Below are positions 11,432-25,256 of a stretch of 64,000 bases of DNA, piece after piece (the first letter of the stretch is position 1; every line of letters begins with the position of its first letter). This stretch comes from Macrostomum lignano (taxonomy: Eukaryota), in assembly GCA_002269645.1 (NCBI GenBank), contig NIVC01000801.1, positions 59,484 to 123,483 on the forward strand, written 5' to 3'. The notes under the pieces are model-generated. The model searched no databases and was not told the DNA's origin. It saw only the letters and a program-made list of their open reading frames with translations. Both the position numbers and the translations under genes were made by a program.

Positions 11432-14400
11432 GTTGTTGTAGGGTGAAAACGCCGAACAAGCGGCAAGTCAAAACTGCTGGAAATCCAGGACTGGAATTCC
11501 TGTTGCTGTCGCGGCCTCTGGGAGACAGCCAATCCAGTTCTGGGTTCCAGTTATCTTATCAGTTAGTGAGGCTTGATACCCCTGCTAGGCCGTTTTCTCT
11601 CTCCCTCTCTCTCCATTCACGCAAAAAACAAATGGTTTTCTAGCCTGCGTGCAAAGTCTGCAGCGCAGTTCTTAGCTGCCCGCGTGTGGCTGGCTGTTCT
11701 GGCGCGAAAATAATCGCATTTGAAAGTTCAAATACTGCGTTTTGCTGTGTGGCAGAATGCTGAATTTGCAAGCCTGTGTTGTCTGTGCGAGAACATTAAA
11801 TCTGAGTAGAATTTTAATGATTCTGTATGGAAACTGACTGACAGCAAGGATTGCAGAGTGACTGACAGAGTGAGGTCTGCAGAGTGACTGATAGAGTGAA
11901 GTTTGCAGAGTGACTGGCAGAGTGAGGTCTGCAGAGTGACTGGCAGAGTGAGGTCTGCAGAGTGACTGGCAGAGTGAGGTCTGCAGAGTGACTGGCAGAG
12001 TGAGGTCTGCAGAGTGACTGACAGGGTGAGGTCTGCAGAGTGACTGATAGAGTGAGGTCTGCAGAGTGACTGGCAGAGTGAGGTCTGCAGAGTGACTGGC
12101 AGAGTGAGGTCTGCAGAGTGACTGGCAGAGTGAGGTCTGCAGAGTGACTGGCAGAGTGAGGTCTGCAGAGTGACTGGCAGAGTGAGGTCTGCAGAGTGAC
12201 AGATAGAGTGAGGTCTGCAGAGTGACAGATAGAGTGAGGTCTGCAGAGTGAGTGGCAGAGTGAGGTCTGCAGAGTGACAGAGTGAGGTCTGCAGAGTGAC
12301 TGGCAGAGTGAGGTCTGCAGAGTGACAGAGTGAGGTCTGCAGAGTGACTGACACAGTGAGGTCTGCAGAGTGACTGACACAGTGAGGTCTGCAGAGTGAC
12401 AGATAGAGTGAGGTCTGCAGAGTGACTGACACAGTGAGGTCTGCAGAGTGACTGACACAGTGAGGTCTGCAGAGTGACTGACACAGTGAGGTCTGCAGTG
12501 ACTGACAGCAACCGCAGGAAATGAGTCTGTGTAGCCAACTAGCAGTCCCTGACTCTACCCCTTCATCCGCAGCACAGTCGGTGCGAACTACATTGTAGAA
12601 GCAATCAAACTGAAAGCAGGCACGCAGACTTAGGAGAAGCTGAGCTGCTTGCTGCTGTATTACGTAATCAACATTTGAGTTTGTCTGTCACAGCCAGCTC
12701 TCTTGAAACTCGCTAGAGCCGTAGAATTTCAGTTCTGAGTTAGGGGGGGGGCTTAAAAATCGATAACTTGGGGAACGCCGAACTGCTGCATGCAGAGGGA
12801 GCAAATATTATGCAATCTCATGGATTCCCAGTTCTCTCCATCTCTGCAACACTGGGGGTGATTTTCAAAATTGCTGTATTCAAACCCCCGAAGTTTCTTC
12901 ATACCAAAATTCGCCTGCAAATCGCATTTAAAATAAATAAGCGAAAAACAGTTGCGCTAATTTTGTCCTTTGATCTGCCGGCCGCGCGGTGCCTGCAATT
13001 CAATTTCGATGCGCTGAAAGATACTTGATTGATAGATAGGGATCTTCATATAGGATACTCTGAGCTGGAGCGGTCTGGATTAGTTCGTTTGTGGCTTTGC
13101 TGTGCTGTGCATTTTCGAGGCTAATTGCTTTTTTGCGATCATTCCCAGCTCAGTGAAGGGAGTGAAGTTTCGTTATAGAGAACGATCGAGCTGGGATACT
13201 GAGTGCACTGCTGGGCTGCGGCCAACTCTGCTGATGGGACAGGAAATTCGCCTTGGCTGAGAGCGAGGTGAATGCGGATTAGATAAGGGGAGAGATGATG
13301 GAGAGTGAGGGGAGTGGGGGAGAGAGTGAGGGCGAGTAAAGAGGAGAGTGTGAGAGAGAGTGAGGGAGAGATTGAAGGAGAGCGTGGGGGTGAGGACAGT
13401 GATGAGGAGTGAGGGGAGTGGGGGAAGTGAGGAATAGAGTGAAGGGAGTGAGGGAGAGAGTGAGGGGAGTGAGGGAGAGTAAGGGAGAGAGTGGGGGAGA
13501 GAGTGAGGGAGAGAGTAAGGGAGAGAGTGAGGGAGAGAGTAAGGGAGAGAGTGGGGGAGAGAGTGAGGGAAAGAGTAAGGGAGAGAGTGGGGGAGAGAGT
13601 GGGGGAGAGAGTGAGGGAGAGAGTGGGGGAGAGAGTGAGGGAGAGAGTAAGGGAGAGAGTGAGGGAGAGAGTGAGGGAGAGAGTGGGGGAGAGAGTGAGG
13701 GAGAGAGTAAGGGAGAGAGTGAGGGAGAGAGTGAGGGAGAGAGTAAGGGAGAGAATGGGGGAGAGAGTGGGGGAGAGAGTGAGGGAGAGAGTAAGGGAGA
13801 GAGTGAGGGAGAGAGTGGGGGAGAGAGTGAGGGAGAGAGTAAGGGAGAGAGTGAGGGAGAGAGTGAGGGAGAGAGTAAGGGAGAGAATGGGGGAGAGAGT
13901 GGGGGAGAGTGAGGGAGAGAGTGGGGGAGAGAGTGGGGGAGAGAGTGAGGGAGAGAGTGGGGGAGAGAGTGAGGGAGAGAGTGGGGGAGAGAGTGAGGGA
14001 GAGAGTGAGGGAGAGAGTAAGGGAGAGAGTAGGGGAGAGAGTGAGGGAGAGAGTAAGGGAGAGAGTGGGGGAGAGAGTGAGGGAGAGAGTAAGGGAGAGA
14101 GTGGGGGAGAGAGTGGGGGAGAGAGTGAGGGAGAGAGTGGGGGAGAGAGTGGGGGAGAGAGTGAGGGAGAGAGTAAGGGAGAGAGTGGGGGAGAGAGTGA
14201 GGGAGAGAGTAAGGGAGAGAGTGAGGGGACTTAGCAAAAGACGTGTCCCGAACGAGAATTGAGAGTCGCTCACAGAGGGACGAAATGAACGATTTTAAGT
14301 GCAGCAGTACTTTCTCTTCATATAATAGATTTGTACTCAAATAAGAGCTCAAAAATATATCCCGTCACCATTGCGTGACCCGGCATTCGTGTCTTAGCGT

Positions 14401-17400
14401 ATACTTTATGAAATTCCCTATAGGGGGCTGTCAAGTTCTTAAGCGGCTTCACCCCCCCCCGATCTCTGAGCCTCGCTTCCGCCTCGCGGCGCTCGCCTGC
14501 TCAAAATGCTCCATCAAATCTCAGACAAGATTTTTGGCATCGCTCTCAACAGTGCTCACCTTGACAGCGCACTTGAAATTATTGAGAAGAATTGCGTGAT
14601 AGAGTGCTTCGTATGCAGCCTGGCCACTGCAGATTGTGTTGCTGGTTGCCAGGTAGCTGGTCAAGCTTTAATGCCTTAATGTGGACTTTATAGGGAGGGA
14701 AATTTGAAGCGAAACTAATTCGAAAGAGTGACCTTCTGTGAGACTGGAGTGACTCACGTGCTGGGGCTGGAAAAGAAATGAGAGAAAAGGGAGAGGCAAG
14801 AGAAGGGAGAGGCAGAGAGAAGAGAGAGGGGGAGAACGGAGAGGGTGAGAGGTAGAGGACAGAGAGGGTGAGAGGTAGAGGACAGAGAGGGGTGAGAGGT
14901 AGAGGACAGAGAGGTGAGAGGTAGAGGACAGAGAGAGGTGAGAGGTAGAGGACAGAGAGGTGAGAGGTAGAGGACAGAGAGAGGTGAGAGGTAGAGGACA
15001 GAGAGGTGAGAGGTAGAGGACAGAGAGAGGTGAGAGGTAGAGGACAGAGAGAGGTGAGAGGTAGAGGACAGAGAGGGGTCAGGTAGAGGACAGAGAGGTG
15101 AGAGGTAGAGGACAGAGAGAGGTGAGAGGTAGAGGACAGAGAGAGGTGAGAGGTAGAGGACAGAGAGGTGAGAGGTAGAGGACAGAGAGAGGTGAGAGGT
15201 AGAGGACAGAGAGGGGTCAGGTAGAGGACAGAGAGATGTGAGAGGTAGAGGACAGAGAGAGGTGAGAGGTAGAGGACAGAGAGGGGTCAGGTAGAGGACA
15301 GAGAGAGGTGAGAGGTAGAGGACAGAGAGAGGTGAGAGGTAGAGGACAGAGAGAGGTGAGAGGTAGAGGACAGAGAGAGGTGAGAGGTAGAGGACAGAGA
15401 GAGGTGAGAGGTAGAGGACAGAGAGGGGTCAGGTAGAGGACAGAGAGAGGTGAGAGGTATAGGACAGAGAAAGGTGAGAGGTAGAAGGCAGAGAGGGGTG
15501 AGAGGTAGAGGACAGAGAGGTAGAGGACAGAGAGGTAGAGGACAGAGAGGTACATAAAATATCTTTCTTAGCGTTGGGCAGCCATCCAAGGCCCATACAT
15601 TCTTGTGGTGCAGCAGACCACGGCTGCAATCCAGTGCCAATTCTTGGCACGCAAAAGTACCTTCACCGACCCGAGAATTAGCCGAACTGGAATCAACTTG
15701 TCTCATCTGGCAGCTGCGCAGGGTGCAAAGCCGAACCCGCTAATTTGCACTTTGAAAGCAGCGTAGACAGCTAAAAGCAACAAGTGGTCCTGAAAGAAAT
15801 CCAAAAAGCAAACTCCACGTCCCCGCCGCATGTAGCTGCTGATAAAGTGCCGCGCGGTTGCAGCAAGGCGGGTTGGCAATGAAAGCGGCCATCATGACTA
15901 TTTAAAAAGAAGAGAGTAAACAGTTTATGAAAAACCCGCTTGTGTGTATTGCGGGGCAGGTATATTTATGATTTATTTATACAGTGGGTTCAGTTGGGCT
16001 GACAGCGATCTGAGCTGCTGCAATGACGGATGATTATGGCTTTTTGCGTAACGGTTTTGTGCAGAAGCAAGTCATCAACACGCTTTTGAATGCTTTGCTG
16101 ATGGTTACTAACATTCTTTGCTTCAGAGCCAGCTTGAAGACTCAACAGCGTCACCGGCTGTACCTGCATCAGCTGTCGTTTGAGCAGTGTGCTCAGCCAG
16201 CTGCGCCAGGGTTCGGGCATCCGCAGAGCTGCCTGGTTCAGCAGTGCCGGCCGAGGCCCATGACGCCTCTGCGGGTGAGATGCCTGCGTCTCATGTTTGG
16301 ACTGAGCACCTTCTGAGCTTCTCAAAAGAATTACTCAAAAATTTACTTAGTAATGCAGTAATTTTTCAGGAAAAAAACTAGGTAACTAAAACTGTCGGTG
16401 AACCGGTGTCTTGTGGCTTGCTTAAAAGTACAGATTAATAGTTTCTCAGGTAGAAGGTAATTTATGCCAATTCCCGTGCAAAGATTTCCACTCGGTTCTC
16501 CCATGGCCGAGTGCAGAATCAGATTTCCGTTGCCGTGGTCCGCTTGGTCCGTTTTGTTGGCTTTTGTGAAACACTTGTAGTTAGTTCTGGGTGGCTTAAA
16601 AAGCTGATCGGAACTTTTACAGACCCTCCCTCCTCTACTCCCTCTTCTCCTCTACTCCCTCTTCTCCAATACTCCCTCTTCTCCATTCTCTCTCCTTCCA
16701 ACTCTTCTCCTCTACTCCCTCTTCTCCTCTACTCCCTCTTCTCCATTCTCTCTCATTCCAACTCTCCGCTCTCTCCTCCCTCTTCTCCACTCTCTCCTCC
16801 CTCCTCTACGCTCTCCCCCCCCCTCTCTCCGCTCTCTCCTCTCTCCTCTCCACTCTCTTATCACTCATCTCCGCTCTCTCCTCCCTCCTCTCCGCTCTCT
16901 CCTCCCTCTTCTCCACTCTCTCATCACTCATCTCCGCTCTCTCCTCCCCCTCTCTCCACTCTCTCCTCCCTCCTCTCAGCTCTCTCCTCCCTCCTCTTCA
17001 TTCTCTCTCCTCCCTCGTCTCCGCTCTCTCCCCCTCTCTCCTCCTCTCACTCTCACATCTTCCTCTCCGTTCTCTCATCTTTCCTATCCTCCTCTCCGCT
17101 CTCTCCTTCCTGCTCTCTCCCTACACAGCCTGCCTTAGTGTAATACCCTTGGCCACCGCAAGAGTGCAATGCCAGCGCTATGCATTTATAGTTTACGCAC
17201 AAGAAATTCTACGGAATTCCCCCCCCCTCACACAGCTGGCTGGCAGCAGATGGCTCCTCAGGAATGCGGCAATCAAGCAATTCATTCAGCAGAACTGTAG
17301 AAGTTGTTGGACTTGCTTTTTACCGAACTGGAGTTCGGTGAACTGAGGGACTGAGGGATGCTCGACAGCCCGGGAAAATCCCGAGAGGAGATTTGCACTT

Positions 17401-20400
17401 TGCACTGTTATGCTTTAGATAGAATAGCTCTCTGGAATTGTATTTGCTTGAAGGTGAAGACTATGTTACTCAAAAAAATTAGAAATTTGAGCCTGTCCTT
17501 TACCTTCCTGCCTTTGACCTTTACAAACCCGCTTGAAGCGTGACCGTTCTCCCTCTGCACTCTAAGGAGACAAATTCCAATGCACATGTACTTACCTGTG
17601 CACTCTTTGGAGTGCAGCCACCAATGTGCGCTATTGTGTTGCAGTGTTTTGTTGTCCCCAGCAGCTGTCCGTCGCCGCTCAACTTAATCTTCATCATATC
17701 TCTTCCCCTCAGGGCGACTCTATCATTCATTCTCAGCCTCTCTTTGCGAAATCCATTCTCTCTGCTCTCTCTCTTCTGCACTGACCAACTGCCCTGCCTC
17801 TCTCCCTCCTTACCCTCTCTCCCTGTTTACTCTCTCTCCCTCTTTACCCTCTCTCCCGCTTTACCCTCTCACCCTCTTTACCCGCTCTCCCTATTTACTC
17901 TCTCTCCCTCTTTACTCTCTCTCCCTCTTTACTCTCTCTCCCTCCTTACCCTCTCTCCCTGTTTACTCTCTCTCCCTCTTTACCCTCTCTCCCACTTTAC
18001 CCTCTCACCCTCTTTACCCGCTCTCCCTATTTACTCTCTCTCCCTCTTTACTCTCTCTCTCCTCTTTACCCTCTTTACCCTCTCTCCCTGTTTACTCTCT
18101 CTCCCTCTTTACCCTCTTCTCCCGCTTTACCCTTTCTCCCTCTTTACCCCCTCACCCTCTTTACCCTCTCTCCCTCTTTACCCTCTCTCCCCTCTCTCCC
18201 CTCTCTCCCTCTTTACCCTCTGCGCTTGCCAGCGCTAAACAGTACCAGCGTCACTCCCCGCAGTTCCTCAGTCCAGCAGCTGCTGTCCCCTCCATTTCGC
18301 TGGGTCGCCAGCAACGCCATTGGGAGAGGCGGGGGCAGGAGTGGGAAGGTGCCAACAGTCTAACAGCGCCTCTCTACACTCGCAGACCAACGCTGCCTGA
18401 AGGAGTTGCAGGCAGAGAGTGGAGAAAAAAATTCTGAACGAACCCGCCTCGCCCCCCCCTCACGGCAGAAAAGACTTGGGCGAACGCGAAAGCACAAAAA
18501 CAATATGAGGAGAAAAGTGCGCAGCATGTCAGCAGTCCTTGTAAGGGAAGAAACACAGGGGATCGGGGGTAGGAAAAGGGAGAAAAAACTGATACTCGCA
18601 GACGTGTCCGGCATTTCCCTGTTGGGGAATTCGCACGCACGGCGATTGGGACAGACAGGGGCTGGCGCTGGTCCTAAAGAAGGGCGAGCCAGACAGACAG
18701 ACGGGAAAGCATTTTTGCACATCTGTATATTTTACGGCTTAGAATTGAGGTCTCAGTTCAGTGCCTATTTTTAGCTGGGCTACGGTTGATAACATATGCA
18801 AAATATACAGCCCGAAATTCGCAGAGCAACTCATTGACTGGCTTATTCGAGCAGTTCTCGGGTTCGATAATGAGTCCAGCTCATCCCAGACTGAGTTTAC
18901 TGTCCCGCAGTTTTAATCACAATAAGGTTTTTGAGTCCCAGGGTTCATTAGTGTCGAGTCGATGAGCTTTGAGGTGATTTATGATGGGTGATGGCCACAG
19001 ATGCGTGCAGTCATCGTTTTGCGACCATTGGGATTCGGGACACTCAGTCTCGTATATAGAGCACACACTTGGCGCTTGAATGGGAATAGGGGGCTTATAG
19101 GTAGACAGAGAGCGCTTATAGAGGGACAGAGAGCGCTTATAGAGGGACAGAAAGTTCTTATAGAGGGATGGAAAGTGCTTATAGAGGGACAGAAAGTGCT
19201 TATAGAGGGACAGAGAGTGCTTATAGAGGGACAGAAAGTGCTTATAGAGGGACAGAGAGCGCTTATAGAGGGACAGAAAGTTCTTATAGAGGGATGGAAA
19301 GTGCTTATAGAGGGACAGAAAGTGCTTATAGAGGGACAGAGAGTGCTTATAGAGGGACAGAAAGTGCTTATAGAGGGACAGAAAGTGCTTATAGAGGGAC
19401 AGAGAGTGCTTATAGAGGGACAGAAAGGGCTTATAGAGGGATGTAAAGTGCTTATAGAGGGACAGAAAGTGCTTATAGAGGGACAGAAAGTGCTATAGAG
19501 GGACAGAAAGTGCTTATAGAGGGATGGAAAGTGCTTATAGAGGGACGGAGAGCGCTTATAGAGGGACAGAGAGCGCTTATAGAGGGACAGAGAGCGCTTA
19601 TAGAGGGACGGAGAGCGCTTATAGAGGGACAGAAAGTGCTTATGGAGGGACAGAGAGCGCTTATAGAGGGACAGAAAGTGCTTATAGAGGTACAGAGCGC
19701 TTATAGAGGGACAGAAAGTGCTTATAGAGGGACAGAGAGCGCTTATAGAGGGACGGAAAGTGCTTATAGAGGGATTGAAAGTGTTTATAGAGGGACGGAA
19801 AGCGCTTATAGAGGGACGGAAAGTGCTTATAGAGGGACGGAAAGTGCTTATAGTGGGACGGAAAGTGCTTATAGAGGGACAGAGAGCGCTTATAGAGGGA
19901 CAGAGAGCGCTTATAGAGGGACAGAAAGCGCGTAGAGGGACAGGGCGCTTAAAAAGGGACAGGGAGCGCTTAAAAAGAGACAGGGAACGCTTATAGAGGG
20001 ACAAAGGGCGCTTAAAGGAACATAAGCACCTAATGAGGGACAGGTGGCGCTAGAAGAAGCGGGTCTAGGCCAATCAAAGTGCCCGCTCAAAGTGTCACTC
20101 TGTGCCCCCGCAGGCCTGGATCGGTTACCAAGGCAACGTGTACTTCAGCCCGCTGCTCATCCGAGGCTCTGGCTGCCCCTCAACAGCACCGGCAGCTATT
20201 GAATGCTCTGGTATCTACAGAGACCTGACTCACCATGGCAGGGACCTGACTCCCCATGGCAGAGACCTGACTCACCATGGCAGGGACCTGACTCACCATG
20301 GCAGGGACCTGACTCACCATGGCAGAGACCTGACTCACCATGGCAGAGACCTGACTCACCATGGCAGGGACCTGACTCACCATGGCAGGGACCTGACTCA

Positions 20401-20586
20401 CCATGGCAGGGACCTGACTCACACCAAGGCCGAATGCTTCAGGCTTTCCGACACCCACGCGGATGGCGGCAGCCTCCGACTGCGTGTCAGCGGCGAGGGC
20501 CTCCCCAATTCTGTGAAGGACAGGACTCGGCTGCCCCGGCGGCAACATCAAAGGCGCCAACAGTTCAGGGCGCCTCAGCCACCTAA
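11432..20586 (+). CDS. Putative multi-exon gene of unknown product (CUB-like and C-type-lectin-like fragments)
   Basis: AG/GT-bounded unique islands between arrays: 11432-11565, 12573-12663, 14471-~14610, 15573-?, 20114-20210, 20429-20586. Several junctions are phase-compatible. No start exon was found and the middle exons are unresolved. Confidence 0.3.
11850..12505. repeat. 26-bp minisatellite (AGAGTGACTGGCAGAGTGAGGTCTGC)n
   Basis: Direct tandem units. Confidence 0.95.
13285..14228. repeat. 12-bp GA-rich minisatellite (GAGAGTGAGGGA)n
   Basis: Direct tandem units. Confidence 0.95.
14785..15550. repeat. 22-24-bp GA-rich minisatellite (AGAGGTGAGAGGTAGAGGACAG)n
   Basis: Direct tandem units. 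Confidence 0.95.
16626..18220. repeat. CT-rich degenerate repeats (16626-17120 and 17785-18220)
   Basis: Polypyrimidine tracts with short repeated units. Confidence 0.85.
19095..20000. repeat. 21-bp minisatellite (GTGCTTATAGAGGGACAGAAA)n
   Basis: About 40 tandem units. Confidence 0.95.
20218..20421. repeat. 21-bp minisatellite (GGGACCTGACTCACCATGGCA)n
   Basis: About 9 units lying between GT 20211 and AG 20427-8. Confidence 0.95.
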
Positions 20587-21689
20587 TGATAACAAATTTA
20601 TGAGCAGGGCTGGCGGGACTGAGCTGCAGCTCACTGTGGAATCCACATCGCTTGGCTGACGATAATTATCCTGAGCAATAATAACATTGAATTTTACAAC
20701 TCGACTGTGCGCTAATTATTTTGACACCTTTTAATTACCTCACATGTAATGCGCAGTTAAAATTTAGCGCAATGATAATAAAACTGCGTAAAACTAGGAT
20801 CGAGAGAACTTATAAAGATAAAGATAAATAACAATAAATATTTTTCAAATGCGCGGAGAATAATAAAGATTAATTGCTTATATACCTGCACTGTTTTTAT
20901 CTCTGGACTTTTATTGTTCTAACAAATTCAAAGCCAAAAAACACCAGGTGGCTCGCAAGCAGATTATTTCTTTGACAGCTGCACATTTTGGCTGTCAAAC
21001 CTGCTGTGGGGACCACTGAGTCAGCCACCCCATGGCTGCAATAAATCTGCAGCAACACCGCTCCGCTGAGCACGGGGCAGCTTATCAAGTTTGCGAAACA
21101 CCAAAATAGAAATAACAACTGCAGTTTTTCACCTTATCAGACACCCCTATAGTAGCAGTGCTTAAATTCTTTCACAGAGGTTCATTCAGCCGCATTTCTG
21201 TGCTCACTCGCTGCTCAGCTATAAAAAGAACAGCACTATGAAGGATAAAAGTGCAGCTCTCAGATGCCACCGCCCCTCAGCCCAGACGGCTCAGGCGACT
21301 CCCAGCCGCCGCCCAGCCTCCCAAGCGTCATCAAGCAAATCTAAGCAAAGCCTATAGATCCACCACCCCCAGGGGAGCTGAGCTGCCTAAATCCAAAATT
21401 AAATTATCCACGCATATAACGGACAAGGCTGGGAGGCTGCTGCCCAGACTCAGACTTTTTGAGCAGACTTGACACTTTTCTAGAGCTACTCTGCTCCTTT
21501 ACCCGCTTCGTCTCTCCTCGCTCCTTCATCCCATTTCATTTCCTTCCCTCTCTTCCTGATATCATCAGTCTTCGCCCGCTCGCCCGGGAATCGCCTTGCG
21601 TTGCACTTTTTCTCTGCGATGGGTCCACGAGACTGCCAGGTTCTTGAGCCCAGCTAGATTTCGAACAGATCTTGTATCTGTAATCCGCC

Positions 21690-22172
21690 TGATGCGGATC
21701 TCTGCTTACCTGTCTGAGGATCTCTCCACCTGTCTGTGGATCTCTGCTTACCTGTCTAATGATCTCTCCACCTGTCTGTGGATCTCTGCTCACCTGTCTG
21801 TGGATCTCTGCTTACCTGTCTGAGGATCTCTCCACCTGTCTGTGGATCTCCGCTTATCTGTCTGCGGATCTCCTTTACCTTTATGTGGATCTTCTTTACA
21901 TGTCTTTGAATAATTTTTACCTGTCTGTGGATCTGACCCTACCTGTCTGTGGATCTGTCCCTACCTGTCTGTGGATCTGTCCTTACGTCTGTGGATCTGT
22001 CCTTACCTGTCTGTAGATCTGTCCTTACCTGTCTGTAGATCTGTCCTTACCTGTCTGTGGATCTGTCCTTACCTGTCTGTAGATCTGTCCTTACCTGTCT
22101 GTGGATCCGTCCCTACCTGTCTGTGGATCTGTACCCACCTGTCTGTAGATCTGTCCTTACCTGTCTGTGGAT
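21690..22172. repeat. 22-bp minisatellite (TCTGTGGATCTGTCCTTACCTG)n
   Basis: Degenerate tandem units. Confidence 0.9.
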
Positions 22173-22659
22173 CTTGCTTTTCGATCTGCGGCGGTGCCAG
22201 AAAAGCCACCATTATAGAGTTAATTAGCCCGTCTCGAATGAATTCTGAGAACCATTCAATATCTGCCAGTGAACACCAGTCACACTTCAGCCTAACAGTG
22301 TCATTTAGTGCAGCAGTAAATGCGGCCCTAATGGCTTCAAACAGCTCGCACTCAGATAATTGATTAAGCTGACATTGTGCCAGTCTATCTATCTACTCGA
22401 GAAGCAACCTGGAACCAGTGATAAGCGGGCCGGCCTTAAAGCAAAATGCCATGGGCCTGTGACACAGACAAATTGGCTTGGCACTTTGCCGGAAGGGCGG
22501 CCGTATGGTCCCGACCTGAAATGCTGCAGACACTCGCGCTGTGCTGACCTAATTTAATGTTTCAATTTAGGCCCTCCAAGGAAACAAAGTGGAGAATTTA
22601 AAGTACATTAGCACAGCATTGCTTTAGATTACACTGTGAGCAATATCTCAGTACATTGT

Positions 22660-23330
22660 TTTCACCTGGTGTTTCCTGAACACCAGGTGAAACAGAGTGA
22701 ATCCCACCTGAACACCAGGTGAAACAGAGTGTGAATCCGTCCTGAACACCAGGTGAAACAGAGTGTGAATCCCACCTGAACACCAGGTGAAACAGAGTGA
22801 ATCCCACCTGAACATCAGGTGAAACAAAGTGTGAATCCGTCCTGAACACCAGGTGAAACAGAGTGTGAATCCCACCTGAACACCAGGTGAAACAGAGTGA
22901 ATCCCACCTGAACACCAGGTGAAACAGAGTGAATCCCACCTGAACACCAGGTGAAACAGAGTGAATCCCACCTGAACATCAGGTAAAACAGTGTGAATCC
23001 CACCTGAACACCAGGTGAAACAGAGTGAATCCAACCTGAACACCAGGTGAAACAGAGTGTGAATCCCACCTGAACAGCAGGTGAAACAGAGTGTGAAACC
23101 CACCTGAACACCAGGTGAAACAGAGTGAATCCCACCTGAACACCAGGTGAAACAGAGTGAATCCCACCTGAACATCAGGTAAAACAGTGTGAATCCCACC
23201 TGAACACCAGGTGAAACAGAGTGAATCCAACCTGAACACCAGGTGAAACAGAGTGTGAATCCCACCTGAACAGCAGGTGAAACAGAGTGTGAAACCCACC
23301 TGAACACCAGGTGAAACAGAGTGTGAATCC
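22660..23330. repeat. 32/34-bp minisatellite with internal palindrome CACCTG-N5-CAGGTG
   Basis: Unit CACCTGAACACCAGGTGAAACAGAGT(GT)GAATCC, about 20 copies. Confidence 0.95.
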
Positions 23331-25256
23331 CCTATGAGCAACCATAAGAAAGAAACAATAAAAAAAATCATCCAAAAAAGTTTAGCTACCGTAGCAAGCA
23401 CAAATATTTAAATATGATGTTAATATCGACAATAATTTATTCTAATTATGAGTATGATACTGATTGCCCCAAAAAAGGATGGTGTCACAGGTAGATGTTT
23501 ATTGCAAAGCTGGCACCCTGGCAGGCAGCAAAGCTGATTCGCATACGGGAATAAAAGGCAACGCAGTCAGGCAAAACGCATTGCGCATAGTCAACTAATT
23601 GTGCGAATAATTAATTAGCTAATTATAGCCATTGCACCTGCATCTATTTTCTTTTCTATCTAATGTAATAAAGCTAATGCAAAGTACAAAATGAACTTTC
23701 TATCGCGAGAGGCGAGCAATAAAAACTTTGTTAGCAACTATTAGCCATATTATTATTAATAATCATAATCACCACGATTACATAACTGAAGGGAAAAATT
23801 GATAAAAATTATTAATAACAATACAAAGCACAAAAATCGCACATCTAAGCAAAAAAGGATGAATTTTAAAATCAATTAACAGAACAATGCAATCCTCATT
23901 TTCATTATAGAATTACTATAATTAATATTTGCAATCAGCAACTGTCTAGTGAAACTCAATCAGGTCAAACAGAAGATATCCATGCTGCGACCGGGTTAAA
24001 ATGACAAAAGGGGCTCGATGTAAGTTCTATATCCAATTAATACAAGCAAGGTAAACGGACAGGTGTACAAAGAGGCGTTAATTATGAGATTAAAAAAGCA
24101 CAGCATGCGACAGACAGAGCTGTACAGCACTAATTATCAGGGGGGGGGGGTTAGCGGCCTGCTGTGTACAACAAACAAACACACAGGTGAGCAGAAGAAG
24201 CAGCTGTTTCCCAAAGGCAGACTGACAGACATTTTTTTTTCAGTTTTTTCCTGCTTCAAAAAAGCAGTAATGCACAAAAGCTAAATATGAAAGTTGAATA
24301 GCACAGGTGATCCCGGTGAAAACGACAGCCAGGCCAAGAAGCGTCCCAGAGTGATTGCACAGGTAAAATAGGTAAGGAAGTGACTCTCTAGACGACCTAA
24401 AAACGACAATATGTCGCGGTACAAGTCGCTAAAAAGTTGTCGAAAGAGTCGCCTAAAGAGTTAATTTGAGCATTTTATTGTCTGCAATTCTGAAACGACT
24501 CAGGGGCCGTAAAGTCGTATCTGAGGCGTGCATTTCACATGTATATCAGCTCTATTTTGTATACTTGAGTTAGTAGACACGGGCAGTGGGGTGACGCTCC
24601 CCAAAGCAACGAAAGCGCGGTTGGAACATCAGCCAGTTCCAACCCAACCCAAATCTTGTTGTTAAAAAAATCGAAAAAAAAACTGAAACTGAAAAGCAGA
24701 AACGCGTTGCAGAAAAGAACTATTGCAGTATTCGTAAATAATTTCACAAAAAATTGATTTCACAGAATTTGCACGCCGCAGTACAGCTAATTAACAATTG
24801 CAATGCCTTACGCGCGTAATTAAAAATTTCAATTCATTAATCAAAGCAAGATGTGGCGGGGAGACGGCGGCCGAAGCTGTCTGGGGTAAAACAGACCGGT
24901 TAGGCCAGAAACAGAACAAGCAGAAAGTGTAATACCGCGATTATTATAGCTATCATTAATACGATTAACAGTTTGAGTGACGAAGTAGGCAGCAGTAAAT
25001 AATATCTGGAGAGAAAATAAAATCACCCGGCGGGCTCTGAGCTGCTTTGCGAAATTATATGGGAAAACGGAGGAAGTGGAGAGCGGATGATGGGAACTGG
25101 AGGGCGGAAAACGGGGGAAGTAGAGAGCGGATGATGGGAACTGGGGGGCGGAAAAACGGGGGAAGCACGGGGGAGAGCGGAAGCAGGGCTTGAGGGCGCA
25201 CTTGGCCAAGAGCTGTCACCAGGCAAGCAGATCAGAGCCGGCACCTCAGCTCAGAC

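Noticed and set aside
13179-13267. Possible exon with an in-frame TGA (selenocysteine or readthrough idea)
   Set aside because: No SECIS or homology evidence; exon status unsupported
22660-23330. CRISPR-like appearance (32-34-bp palindromic repeats)
   Set aside because: No unique spacers, no cas genes, eukaryotic context
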